Assembly (NCBI GenBank): GCA_008632985.1
Contig: QPGO01000128.1
Location: 186,001 to 237,659 of the forward strand
Direction of reading: 5' to 3'
DNA: 51,659 nt
DNA from: Psammoneis japonica
Lineage: Eukaryota
The translations under genes and the position numbers were made by a program. Every line of letters starts with the position of its first letter. Position 1 is the stretch's first letter. Under the pieces are notes generated by a model. The model had not been told where the DNA came from. It ran no database searches and saw only the letters and a program-made list of their open reading frames with translations. Shown here piece by piece: positions 33,833-47,028 of this stretch.

Positions 33833-34924
33833 ATGCCTCATGTCGAACTCCCTCAGGCCGAGTTCAAGGTACGTGGATGAGCATCGTAGAAACGTACGTG
33901 TTTTCAGTACCACAACGGATACTCGTGTGCTCACAATTTTGGTATTTTTCTAAATTTTTCCACAAAACACTTTTAGGTTGTCATGTTGGGCGACACTTGC
34001 ACGGGCAAGACGAGTTTGGTTTTACGCTTTGCCGAAGGCTATTATCGTGATCAATCACGAGCCGAAGCAACGTTGGGTGCCTTTTTCATAACCAAACGCC
34101 TTCAAGTCAATGATATAACGTGCAAGATTCAAATTTGGGACACGGCCGGACAGGCACAATTCCGACCCATGGCACCCATGTATTATAAAAATGCTGCCGC
34201 GGCCATTTGTTGTTTTGATGTGACCAATCCAGAATCGTTGGAGGTTGCCAAGTATTGGCTGAATGAGTTGCAACAGAATATCAGCAAGGGATCGATTGTC
34301 ATTTGTATTGCAGCCACCAAGACGGATTTGTTGGTAGACAACAGTGATGATAATGATGATTCGGCGAGTCATCAACTCATGCGGGAAGCACAAGAGTTGG
34401 CCAATGCCATGGGGGCACTCTATGTTGAAACATCTTCCAAGAATGATACCAATGTGAATTTGTTGTTTCGAAACGTCACGGAGCGGGTGCTACGGTTTCG
34501 GGAACGAGCCAAGAAGAGAAACACAATGATGGATTCGTATTATTACGGAGCAAAGTCGTACATGATTCCCGTGACACCGGGGGCCAGTATTGACAAGGAC
34601 GGACACGTGGTCAAGGGGGAGAATAATGTACAAGAAGCAACCGAAATGCCAATGATTCCACAAAATGGTGACTTGAGTCAACACGATGCGTATAGCGAAA
34701 ATAGCAGCAGCCGGAAGAGTAAACCAAAGCAACGACGAGACAAGAGAAGTAGATCAACTCAACAAGAAGAGGAGGAACGACCCGAGATTGGACTGACGGC
34801 GTCGGATATAGCTGCCAACAAGAGCAATAAGAACAAGTTTTGCGGGGAAGATCCAATGATGACGTGTGGGATATTGACGTCGGAGAAGCGAGAAGGAGTT
34901 GACGATAGTTGCGTCATTTTATAA
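33833..34924 (+). CDS. Rab-family small GTPase (Rab5/21/22-like) with a long C-terminal tail; intron 33869-33976
   Basis: Exon 1 MPHVELPQAEFK joins VVMLGDTCTGKTS. Also TLGAFF, IWDTAGQ, APMYY, TKTD, ETSSK and a C-terminal CVIL prenylation motif. Confidence 0.92.
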
Positions 34925-35207
34925 CAATATACACTTCCACAGGGCTGCACGACAACTAGAGAGCAAGCTATCGGCAGAGCAGACGCCAACACATACAAAA
35001 TATATGCAATCTTTGCTAGCTGCACTGAAACTGCCTGGGCATTATATGAATGTGCTTTCTTTCACTTGAATAGCTATCAAAGTTCGATACAATCGTTTCA
35101 TCCAACTAAAACTTAGAAAAAGCATCCCTAGCTACTGTATGTGTATGTACTGCCCGTAAGAGTAATTATACGTACTCTTTACAGTGTTCAATCGTCAAAA
35201 AAAATCC

Positions 35208-35471
35208 CTACGGAGTCGCCGTAAAGGCCGCCACAGCCTTGGGGTGAGACGCATCGTATTGATTGGTGGGAAGGCCCAAGCCACGTCGAATAGGAACCAC
35301 CGTGAGGGGCAACAAGAGCCCAACGCCCGCGAGTGCACAACTCATGGCCGCCACGGGTTGTCGATGAATAAAACTCTTCACCCAACCCGGTCCCAATGTC
35401 GCTTGACAAATACTCAAGCAACCCGACACTGTGCCCAAGACTGCCAATTCATGTCCGTCCCATTTCACCAT
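35208..35471 (-). CDS. Small single-TM protein resembling mitochondrial complex I accessory subunit NDUFA3/B9; start uncertain
   Basis: WVKSFIHRQPVAAMSCALAGVGLLLPLTVVPIRRGLGLPTNQYD fits the family pattern of a TM helix followed by P.RR.LG. Confidence 0.6.
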   Translation of the reverse strand: MVKWDGHELAVLGTVSGCLSICQATLGPGWVKSFIHRQPVAAMSCALAGVGLLLPLTVVPIRRGLGLPTNQYDASHPKAVAAFTATP

Positions 35472-37420
35472 GATGTTGTGTGTTTCTGAGAAAAAGAACA
35501 AAACATACCGATGGATGAGAACCACGTAGAAAATGTACGAAAGGTTACGTAATAACAGAGCGACGAAAGCGACAGATTCTGTTACCCCGTTACAATTGCA
35601 CCACGTTGCGTTCCAACCATTAACGTAGTAGTGTCGACCACTCCACCTCATTAAACAAGAACGACCTTACCCTCAACAATGCAATAGTCTCTCTTTCAGC
35701 AAGACTACACTGTCGATGTTGTCACAAGACAGCGACAGACGCCTTTGGGTGTTGTACTGTACGTAGATTTGTTACCAGACTCTACAGAGCCGCGCGTCGT
35801 GCGTACGTTGCCGCCTGGTGATTATTCGAGTTAGGCTTTTAGACTTTGAGCAAGCAGATAGAAGCGCGCGAGCACTCGCGCGCTAAAGAGCACATGATCC
35901 GACATTCGATACATCGGCATCATTCTGCAAATCGCTCTGCATCATCATCATCGCGAACATCAAAACCAGCAGCTATGGGTCCCAATGTCATGCTTCCACG
36001 TGTGATCACCCCCCCCCCATTTTTTACCAAAATGCATTTCCAGCCGACTAACATCATACTAATACAAAGTTCCCGATAACTTTTGGGGTCGCAAGTAGAG
36101 GGTTGCGTTAGTTATAGAGCTATGACTAAAAATCGTCCCTCGTACTTTCACGTGTAATAAAGGTGCTCCGCGAAACGTTAGTTCCATTTTCAAATACCCG
36201 ACACCATGAACAATACATACCCAATCTATTCTCGCAAGACATTGTTTTAAAGGGTAGGAGACTGACAATGCTCATATCTTGTGTATTTTGTGGCTCTAGC
36301 GGGGATCAAAGCTAGCTAATTCTACCAAAAATGTTAAGTCGAGTGGGTCATACGGGATTCAAGACACGTGACTCGCTGTACGATGAAGTGTTCTCGACAC
36401 CGAGATTAGATGATAACTTCAACACAAGACCTATTTCATGGCTATATTCTATTCTCTAATCCATGGCTGGCCTCGTGACAACTATATTTGACCTCTTTCA
36501 TGCTATAGATAGGCCAAGTAATCCATAAAAACTCATTACAAGCAACACACTCCTGTTTTCAGATTTAACATTTTTGCGTCTCTGCCAACAATCTAGCGAA
36601 TGTACAAGCAAGGGGGCACTTCTATTACCTAACTTTATTCTTCTATAGGAGAGTATCATCAATAGGTAACTTTTTCAACGTTGTTTGACTGCTTCTTTTA
36701 AATAGTATGCCAACTTCACTCTGCATTTTCGCTCCAAAATCCGCCCCACGCCCCACCCTCTCCCACTCAAAAACACTGGCTGATCGCATTGCAGTTGCTT
36801 TATTAAAGTCTTGAAAAATATTCCTCTTGTCATTGGCGTTGCTAAAACGGGTTTGACGACGGGACTACGACATTGGATTCGTCGATGAGCTCACACGACG
36901 ATTGACACTGTGAAAATTGGCTGCGTCTTCATGACAGTTGAGTGAGACAACAAGCAGTGAGACTTCGGCACAATGACAACACCATTTCGATTCTATATTA
37001 CTTGCCTTTATATATCCGCCGGCTTTTACTCTCAGCGGGTGTCGAAAATCCGGCGAATGAGTGGTTGATGAAGACTCGGCACGTGACATGGCGTCACGAA
37101 CGACTGAATCGGTATGTTTATCAATAGCTCGCCACAAAATCAAAATCGTGGAGAACGTATTTAGATACCTATCCAACAGATGCTAATTGATTATATGCCA
37201 AATACGTTCTCGCAGAATCGAAGGTTTAGATAACTTTCTTAGCGTCGCAATCATCACCATCGTCGGTGCGAGATTTGATCAAATTCCCCGCGAGCGATAG
37301 CACCGCGGTGATAGTCTGTACGCTCATCAGGAGCGCGCCTGCCACGCCAGTTTGGATTTACTTAAGGGTTGGGACCCATAGCAGCAGTGTGTTATGCGTC
37401 ATGAAGTCAACAATAGAACC

Positions 37421-38972
37421 ATGGGCAAACTGGATATGGATAGTGCTTTTCTTCGACTGCTGTTGCTATTTCTCGCTGGAATTTTGTGGAAGAATTCACT
37501 GATAAATAGTTCAGAGACGGGAGCTTTCGCTTTTGGGACCACGACAACTCGTCAGCCGATAATAAGAAAAGCACGAGGCTCGCGGCTACAGAATGCAAAA
37601 TCTTTTCTTTCATCAGTATCAAACGACTCCGAAATATCTTTTAACAATTCAACTGCTACGCAAGAGCAAGGTTCTTCTGTTTTACAGGCTTTGGAATTAT
37701 TGCAATCTCAGTGGTCTCTACGAAGAAACACCCATCAAACGCAACCGGCCTTGGAGAATTGTCCTCGATTGGTGGAACTCATTGTGGATGGTAAACTATC
37801 TCGACTCGATACCGTGGGCCGCATCCCAATCTATGCTCGATATACCATGGTTCAAAGGCATCCAGAGCTGTTGGCTAATGTCCTATCTTCCTCTCGATTA
37901 CAGGTAAGGATCGCTCTCTTTCTATATCGGAGTGGTTGACACTGTCGGCATGTTCTCACTTCTCACCAGTTCGGAATATTCTCAGACTATGCAACAACTC
38001 TTTCAACAACAATTGAACTGGACAGAAACAGAGTACAATCGCTTTGTGTCACAACCAAAGACTCGGGCAGAGTATCGTCGTTGGACCCGATCAAATACGC
38101 GACATGTGCTACACCTGCTTCAACGGCACTTTTCGCTGACAAATGCACAAGCAAGCCAAATCATACGCAACAAACCTATAATACTCTCCACCAAGGCCAT
38201 TCAGATACAAGCCAAGGCAGATTACTTTACAAACGACTTGCAACTGACCGACCAAGAACGGAATCGGCTTTTGCGAACGTGGCCCGTGATTCTAAAGCAT
38301 TCCATTTCCAATCAACTGCAACCCAACCTATCGTTTCTCAAGAACGAACTGGGACTGACGGTGGCATGGAGAAAACTGGTGACACGATACCCTCAGTGCT
38401 TGACGTATTCGGTGGATCGACTCTTGCGTCCCAACGTGCATGCCTTGCATGACGTTTGCTTCTTGGAACGATCGACCGACGTGCAACGTGTCGTGGCTCT
38501 CTTCCCACCCTCCTTGTGGTTACGGTCCGACTTGTTGCGGACCAAAGTGCGGTTTCTCCAAGACAGTTTGAATCTCACCAATACCCAAATACGAAATGTT
38601 CTCGTTACCTTTCCCCAAGTGTTGGGTCTTTCCGTGGAAAACAACTTGAAACCCAAGATTGAATTTCTGATTGAGAGTGTCGTGGAGTTTGAACAGTTGC
38701 AGGAATTCGTCTTGTACCAACCCGCTTTATTGGCGTACAGTCTTGAGAATCGATTGCGTCCGAGGATTCAACAATTGCAAGAAAAAGACGTGTCCTTTGG
38801 ATACACGCCGCCGTATTTGATGAGTTTGTCCAATGACAAGTTTCAACATTGGTGCGTTTGTACCCGCGAAGGTTGTCTATTTTGTTCCTTTTGATTTCTC
38901 ACTCTTGTTTGATTTGTTTCAAGGCTGGATGTTCACACATCCGATTGGTGTGTCATGTCGGAAGCATCTTGA
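37421..38972 (+). CDS. mTERF-domain protein, probably plastid-targeted; introns about 37904-37985 and 38853-38923
   Basis: Repeated mTERF-like units (P.IL..SI...LQP.L.FL, YPQCLTYSV, FPQVLGLSVENNLKPK, PALLAYSLENRLRPR). Signal peptide followed by GAFAF. Confidence 0.88.
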
Positions 38973-39820
38973 TGTTTATCAGTTCCATGTTGGTGGGGAG
39001 TAGGGAGGAAGATGGAGGCACTGCAACATACACGACTATTCATGGCGCTACATTGACATGGACGACTCAAACAAATGCACGTATTACTGTGTCTGGAAGC
39101 GGCTGGTGCTCTTGAAATGCCATCGGATCGGCGGCGTCTCGCAATCTTGGCACGGCTCGCGGCCGATAGTTTGATTGCGACTTTTGACGGGAACATTACA
39201 ACGTCGGACCTGCGTTTGCGTCTTGGGAATGGCGAGAAAGAACACACCCAATCTCCGCACCAACGCGATGATTGCCATTTTTTTTTTATTCCGCCATTGC
39301 GCTTCCGTCGAGCTTGTCGATATACCAGATCAGAATGAATACGGTAGTGCCTAAAGGGATGAAAATGTTGGATTGAAAGAGCTCGATTGATCCGCTCTGC
39401 GATGTTGGGAAGAAGTTAATGTAACTTGTGGCACAGCTCGGACAACAGGCAAAATGAAACAACCGACTTTGTTCAACAGAAGAGAGACACTCGCCGCGTC
39501 GCCTCAAGTTTCTCTCGTGCGTTGGCTTCCCGTTGATCGACAGCTCCTGCGGCGCTGCCACACCCTTGCGTTTGTCGATCATCCATCTGTTTTCTGTAAT
39601 ACCGTATCCCACCACGTTCAAGTATAAACCAATGCGAAACCTTAGATCAGGAAGCTTAAATTCTGAGGCGGACCAGGGCTACAAGAGCTACTACTAGCTA
39701 GAGATAGAGAGGCAACTAGTAGTAGTAGCTTGTAACACTGGAGCCAAGAGGACCACCAATTTGTCTATCGCTGACCCTGAGACAATTAGCTAATATCTCT
39801 GTCATTCCTGACCTAAAAGT

Positions 39821-40790
39821 CTATTCTGCATTGTCCGCCGTCAGCATAACTCCATCTTTAGGCGTCAATTTTGCCTTGGGTTCAAGGCAGGCTGTACTGT
39901 ATTCAGAAGCCTTTGCGACCCCAGCCGCCGACGCAGATGTTATTATCTTGAAATCGGCTAGAGTGTCTCCAATAATAGAGTCTCTTGCATTATGAAACAC
40001 ATTAGACACGCATTTGATGGCAGGCCCCACCTCGTTTTGACTGGCGACTCGCATAATTAAATCCGTTATCATTCCGACAGCCAATACCGATGAGTCGCCT
40101 CGTCTTCCTTGCTTTTTCATCGTCTCCACAAAAGCGTTCATATCAGTGCTATTGGTGGCAAATGCAAAAATAGAGAGAAGCAATGCCGTTCTGTTTTCTT
40201 CTGACATGAGGTGATTGAATGCATTTTTTGGGCTCATCGGCTCAGCCCTGTTTCCTGTTGTAGCCGTAGGCATGAGGACAGACGACATGTTCTTGAATAT
40301 GTTTGCGACGGCGAGTTTAGTTTCATTGTCATTTGCAGCAATGTCTCCTTTTCTGTTGACTGCTGCAAATCCAACTGGGGTGTGTAGTATTTTGCCATCC
40401 CCATCGATTTCAACTACCGCTTGCTCCGTAAGCAGTAGGCCATCCGTTCCGATTATTCTTGATGCGGTGCCGTCGTTTTGTTTCTCCCGGAGGAACTCCA
40501 ATATTCGTGACTTGGTGGGGTTCCTCTTTTTCTTTTTCTTGACAGGAGCTGGGTATTCAAACTCGACTTCATTTTTTTTCGATTCCCGATTTCTCTTTTG
40601 GATGGTACGAACTGACTGACTTGTGGCTGCTAACGCGTTGGTCACAATGCACCAGGCTATGGGAAGTCTTTTCTGCCAACAAACGAACCAAGCAGTGGAG
40701 ACAAATTTTGCAGTCACAAGGAGTCAGAGTGACGATACGCTCTTCCACTTGCTCCTCAGTACATTCAACACATACAAGCGACATTGTCAA
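39821..40790 (-). CDS. Unknown protein with an N-terminal Cys-rich RING-like motif and a basic NLS-like patch; frameshifted and possibly truncated
   Basis: CVEC...PCDCKICLHC...HC in ORF 40569-40790 shifts into ORF 39821-40717 (PVKKKKKR ... VMLTADNAE). Confidence 0.45.
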
Positions 40791-41272
40791 TTGTTGTCGT
40801 CGTATTGTTATCGCAATCCGCTGGATGATTCCAGCGAGATGGTGCAGATGGTGCAGGGAAGAAGATAGGCCTTTGGATATAGCGGGGCGATTTTAGGAAA
40901 AAAGACGGCACCCCCGCGGCGGGGCCCCGCATTACGCGATACTGCGCGTGAACGATGTACTGCTTGGGCCATGGGTGTACATACTGCGTGCTACGTAGAG
41001 TCTACGTGGCACGATCAAGGAAATCGCGGGGCGCCGTATATCAAGCCTAGAAGAAGAGTATTTCACTTCTCCACCTCACAATTTTGAAAATTTGATTTTT
41101 GTATGCTTTGAGCCACGAAATGAAATCGTTGACAGCAGACGCTCCAATTATTTTTTAATTTTTTTGATTGCTCGATAGATTGAAGAGATGCATCGGCAAT
41201 GAGTACATACAGTAGAAGTACGAACCCCTAGAGTAAGAAAAGCGTTGTTGATAACGACAATCCAATGTCATC

Positions 41273-42270
41273 ATGTGCATATTTGCAGCAGCCACAAATT
41301 TCCACGACGATTTTGAATTCATGCTCTTGTTTAATCGCGATGAATTTTACGCTCGTTCATCAAGTCCACCAACACGGGTGCGCCGACTCGACGCGACCTT
41401 GTTTTATCCGCTGGATCACGTAGGTGGAGGAACTTGGATCGGTTGGAACGGTTCAAAACAGAGAATTGTGGCTCTTACCAATGTACGATCGGAACCTCCT
41501 CTAAGAAAAAACGGCGGAGACATCATCAAATCGCGCGGAGAATTGGTAATCCAAGCTCTTTGCTCCGAAAGCAACAATGACACGGTGTTTGAAGATGCAT
41601 ACTACAATTATCATTTGTTACAGACGGATCTTGTCCGCAATTCCAATCAAATATCGATGAAGCTTGTAACGTGTGCACCTCCAAGCGATTCACCAGAAAC
41701 AGTTGAATACACGGTTGATTCATCATCAGACCGCAAACCTTGGGTGGCTACCAAATCGAACGATCATGGGAACGGTCTAACCACTGCCGAGACGAAACTA
41801 GAAAATGAAAACACATGGCCCAAGGCTATTTGGTTGCGTAATCAAGTGGAAACCATACTCTCTCAGAATTGCAACAACAGAAAAGATCGGGGCTAGACGG
41901 TGCCAAGGCCTTGGTGAAGCAATTGGAACCATGCATGAATGCCACAACCATGGACGACGCTTCGAATAAGCAAGTTGCAAATGCAATTCCGTCAAAATAC
42001 AACCCACTGCCAATTCATAAGGAAAGAATCCTGTCCAAGGCACCCTTTATCATGCCGTTTTTGATACTGGACGACGACGACCAGTGGTATGGTACTGTCT
42101 CGCAAAGCGTTTTGCTGTACAGCAAGTCAGAACAGTGTTTGTATTGGGCATTTCGTGATACAAGGCAAACCACAACAGCGTCACTGGGACATTCGGAACA
42201 GGCAGCAACTCCAAGTCTGCCAAACTGGACATGGGAACGGATTTCCGTGCCAGAAGAGGACCAGCTATAA
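41273..42270 (+). CDS. TANGO2 / NRDE-family protein; one frameshift near 41880
   Basis: MCI N-terminus, NRDEF, GGTWIG, ALTN, SRGELV, SN and YGTVSQSVLL. Confidence 0.88.
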
Positions 42271-43024
42271 CAACAAACAAGAATGGTGTCGGTACAACGT
42301 ACAAAGAGAAAAAGTATCCGAGTCACGCTTTTCTCTGAGAAAATCATTGTCGCTCCTTCTCCGTTGTAAACGTATTGGTTTTTAAGTTTTTGATAGGAGA
42401 GCCGCCAAACAAATTACGCACCGTATTGAGCAACAATATGGCGTTCGCTTCAGAATCAAATATGCATTCTTCGCAATCTTTTTCTTCTGCGAGATTGTTT
42501 ATGGCACCGAAAAAACTTGGCGCATCATCATAGCGTCTTATATCATTTGTCTATTAGCACCGATAAATCGGAGGATCAAGTTTCAAGCTGCTGCTGCTGC
42601 TGTTTCCGATGTTGATTGCTAGACCGTGTGCTACGAACAATTCGAACGGCCAATGTCATTTGAAACTTCACTAGCGATCACTTCAACGTTGGCTTGGCGC
42701 GCTGCTAACATATGCATTGGCGGCGGTTTCCTATTTTGTCTAGCTATTGAGCACAACTGGCAGAGATCGGCAGCGAAACAAATGTTGCAATACTTCAACC
42801 TCTAAAACAAATCCTATTTACAGTCATGATGGCATACAGCGCGACTATCATCGCACGCACCACGACCACACATCTTCTATTATTAGACGCAAAAGATGTG
42901 TACATCTAACTTTTGACCAACCCAAGAACATTAACGAGAACAAGGGCAAAATGTCAAATCAAGAAAGAACACTGCCAAACACGCTGTGGTGGCAAAACTT
43001 GACCTTTGCGTCTCTGCCAATTGC

Positions 43025-45537
43025 TTAACGGTAACTAAAATCTCTTGATGACTTTTTGACTCGGCTTTGTTGTCGATCGTATGCGCCATTGTACGTTCTA
43101 ACTTGATCATATTCACTGCCATTGCCATTTGATCCTGCCGACGCCGACGAAGGTGGATATGGATGTCTTGGGGATGGTGCAGGGGGCTTAGGCGTCGGCT
43201 CTGGCGTCGGCTCCGGCGTTGGTGCAGGTGTCGGAGCAGGTGTTGGAGAAGGTGATGGGGCAGGAGTAGGCGGATAGTGTCCCTTGTCTTCATATCCCTT
43301 GCCATCGTAACCCTTGCCTTCATATCCCTTCCCTTTGGAACCGCTGCTTCCACTACTTCCCTTCTTACCACCCTTGCTCGTAGAGGAGGAGTATCCCTTG
43401 CCTTCATATCCTTTGCCTTCATATCCCTTTCCGTCGTAACCGCTGCTTTCACTACTTCCCTTCTTGCCACCCTTGCTTTTAGAGGAGGAGTAACCCTTTC
43501 CTTCGTAACCCTTGCCCTCATATCCCTTGCTTCCCTTGGCATAGGGCGTTGGGGAGGGTGTTGGCGCGGGAGTAGGAGACGGGGTGGGAGACGGCGTTGG
43601 CGCTGGAGGCTTATGGCCCGATCCTGAATAAGGTGATGGATGGTACGCTGGTGTTGGCGAAGGCGTCGGAGCTGGAGTAGGAGCTGGAGTTGGTGGATAG
43701 TATCCCTTGCCTTCATATCCTTTGCCTTCGTATCCCTTGCCTTCATATCCCTTTCCGTCGTAACCGCTGCTTTCACTACTTCCCTTCTTGCCACCCTTGC
43801 TTTTAGAAGAGGAGTAGCCCTTGCCTTCATATCCCTTTCCGTCGTAACCGCTGCTGTCGCTACTTCCCTTCTTGCCTCCCTTGCTCTTAGAGGAAGAGTA
43901 ACCCTTTCCTTCATATCCCTTTCCTTCATATCCCTTTCCTTCATATCCCTTGCTTCCCTTGGCATAGGGCGTTGGGGAGGGTGTTGGTGCGGGAGTAGGA
44001 GATGGGGTGGGAGCCGGCGTCGGCGCTGGAGGCTTATGGCCCGATCCTGAATAAGGTGATGGGTGGTATGCTGGTGTTGGCGAAGGCGTCGGAGCTGGAG
44101 TAGGAGCTGGAGTTGGTGGATAGTATCCCTTGCCTTCATATCCTTTGCCTTCGTATCCCTTTCCTTTAGAACCGCTGCTTTCACTACTTCCCTTCTTGCC
44201 ACCCTTGCTTTTAGAAGAGGAGTAGCCCTTGCCTTCATATCCCTTTCCGTCGTAACCGCTGCTGTCGCTACTTCCCTTCTTGCCTCCCTTGCTCTTAGAG
44301 GAAGAGTAACCCTTTCCTTCATATCCCTTACTTCCCTTTCCTTCATATCCCTTGCTTCCCTTGGCATAGGGCGTTGGGGAGGGTGTTGGTGCGGGAGTAG
44401 GAGATGGGGTGGGAGCCGGCGTCGGCGCTGGAGGCTTATGGCCCGATCCTGAATAAGGTGATGGATGGTACGCTGGTGTTGGCGAAGGCGTCGGAGCTGG
44501 AGTTGGTGGATAGTATCCCTTGCCTTCATATCCTTTGCCTTCGAATCCCTTTCCTTTAGAACCGCTGCTTTCACTACTTCCCTTCTTGCCACCCTTGCTT
44601 TTAGAAGAGGAGTAGCCCTTGCCTTCATATCCCTTTCCGTCGTAACCGCTGCTGTCGCTACTTCCCTTCTTGCCTCCCTTGCTCTTAGAGGAAGAGTAAC
44701 CCTTTCCTTCATATCCCTTTCTTCATATCCTTCCTATCCTTTCCTTCATATCCCTTGCTTCCCTTGGCATAGGGCGTTGGGGAGGGTGTTGGTGCGGGAG
44801 TAGGAGATGGGGTGGGAGCCGGCGTCGGCGCTGGAGGCTTATGGCCCGATCCTGAATAAGGTGATGGGTGGTATGCTGGTGTTGGCGAAGGCGTCGGAGC
44901 TGGAGTAGGAGCTGGAGTTGGTGGATAGTATCCCTTGCCTTCATATCCTTTGCTTTCGAATCCCTTTCCTTTAGAACCGCTGCTTTCACTACTTCCCTTC
45001 TTGCCACCCTTGCTTTTAGAAGAGGAGTAGCCCTTGCCTTCATATCCCTTTCCGTCGTAACCGCTGCTTTCACTACTTCCCTTCTTGCCGCCTTTGCTCT
45101 TAGAGGAAGAGTAACCCTTTCCTTCATATCCCTTCCTTTCCTTCATATCCCTTGCTTCCTTTGGCATATGGCGTTGGTGACGATGTTGGTGCGGGTGTAG
45201 GAGACGGGGTTGGGGACGGTGTTGGAGCGGGAGTAGGAGACGGGGTTGGGGACGGTGTTGGAGAGGGAGTAGGAGACGGGGTGGGTGACGGCGTTGGCGC
45301 TGGAGGTTTAGGAGTCGGTCCAGACTGTCCATTCATACAGTCAGAACAGTCGCAATAGCAATACCTTCCACCTCGTTTTCTATCACCGCAGTCGTCGCAT
45401 GCGCAACATGGAGGAGCTACTGCACCCAACTCCCGCTCGATTCTAACGTTTTTGCCGACAAATCGATTGGTTTCGGCGCCCGAAACACATTGCAATGAGA
45501 TCACCGTTGCGATTATTCTTGCCAGCGCAACTTTCAT
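43025..45537 (-). CDS. Secreted silaffin/cingulin-like repeat protein (Lys-Gly-Tyr-Ser blocks alternating with Pro-Thr-Pro-Ser/Ala blocks); frameshifts near 45135 and 44725
   Basis: Signal peptide [20 protein letters not shown], an RXL site (REL) and a Cys-rich segment. Then repeats of [28 protein letters not shown] and [26 protein letters not shown]. The true frame ends ...[10 protein letters not shown] at 43025. Confidence 0.8.
43260..45300. repeat. Coding tandem repeat, unit about 400-420 bp, roughly five copies, with nested 12- and 15-bp subrepeats
   Basis: The anchor ggcttatggcccgatcctgaataagg recurs near 43608, 44031, 44433 and 44836. Confidence 0.95.
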
Positions 45538-47028
45538 TCTTATGGGTCTAAACAAGAATTTTGAAACGCGATGCTTTGCAAACGGAAGTAAGGAACGGAA
45601 TCAAAACAAAATAACGTTAGTAATCTTGGTTGGCTTTGAATGACAACGTCAGGACCAGCGCAGATTTCACATTTGCGCTCCTTAGAGGACAATTCTTTGC
45701 TTTTGTTTACATTCAATCAATGGACTTTTAAAACATCGTCGTACCTGAGGCTTTTTAGTCTGGTTCCTCACAACAATATAATGCCGTAAAAGTGAGCAGA
45801 ACGAGTCGCGCTTCTGAAATCCGATTGGTGCACCGTCAGTTGGATTTTGTGAGAGTGGGACAGCACCCAGACAATATTATGTTTAATCCTCTTCAAGGCT
45901 GCACGTTATCATTTGGATTGTTTATCCTAGCTAATGAATATTTAAATCTTGGTGAAAATTACGTTTCAACCGAAGAAATCGTATGAACAAAATCGCAATT
46001 TCAAATTTTTGAATGAAACGCATTATAAAAATAAAAATTAAGCAATGAATATTTCCTTATATCTTTCCCGGATTTCAAGATATACCTTTCCTTATGTTGC
46101 GCTATTTGTCATCGACTCACGACTGGCGAACGCCGATGCCACTGGCAATGGCGTTTATGGCGTGACGAAGTCACTTGTTACTCTACAGTAGAGAGGGCCC
46201 TACCGTACCAACCGCTCAAATCTATGCACTCCCAAAGTTTGGTGCCCTCTACGCCTGCAAGGATGTGAACCACGAAGCCTGTGGCAATCCTGTTTATGTT
46301 TGTCTGGTTCCGCAATCCATCCGAATTATGATTGGCGATGAAGATGAAGCAAACAGAATTTTCGAGTTGAAAGACATGGCTAGTAGAAGTACGCAAGAAA
46401 GCCAATCTCTTGACACACCAGGAAATAAAAAGTAATTGATCGATTACCACGGTGGGGACAGTAACATAGCGATTGACTTTATGTGTGGTCTATAGATAAT
46501 GCTTTTTCTCTGGACGAGAAACGTTGCTGAAACGCATTATGTTCAAGCGCCGAGATCAACGAACTCCTTTCAATCCTCACAACCTCCTTTCAGTTATCAC
46601 ATCGTTTCTTTCGTCCTCTGAGATAGAGCGCACAAGTACATCACTATTCGGCATCAAACAGGGAATCAGAGTCGGGTGCCCTGGCCATCTTTCTTACTGC
46701 CGGTCTCGATCTCAAATCCAACGCTGCGCCGCAGAGATGATGAATTCAATCTAATGCGCATTCAATTCATTAATAGCCCTAGAGACTCTATGTGCCATCG
46801 AATCAAGATGAAAGTGGATGCGCGCACTTTGAACGAAGCTCGAGGAGAAGTCAATTTTCGAAGATGTAGTAGAAGTACGCAGTACGCGAAGGATAATGCA
46901 GTTGTCGTTGTTTTGGGATTATGGCAGATGCGGACGTCCCACAACGGCAACAAAAGACGATCAAACTGGTTCTTTGTGACGTTTTTAGTAGTATCATGGA
47001 CCTATGTATAAACATGAGCAAAATTACC

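Noticed and set aside
35700..37390. Hidden ncRNA or MITE in the 1.7-kb intergenic region
   Set aside because: No tRNA/rRNA signature, terminal inverted repeats or credible ORF could be identified by eye.
42931..44712. 593-aa ORF ([16 protein letters not shown]...) as the real product
   Set aside because: It is a shifted-frame reading of the GKGY/PTPS repeat. The frame continuous in character with the signal peptide is the Lys/Gly/Tyr/Pro one ending at 43025.
43260..45300. CRISPR-like array
   Set aside because: The repeats are codon-phased, nested and lack unique spacers. The context is eukaryotic and no cas genes are present.
46381..46881. Repeated 15-mer tagtagaagtacgca (46381 and 46867; partial at 41211)
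   Set aside because: Too short and without convincing flanking homology to call an element.
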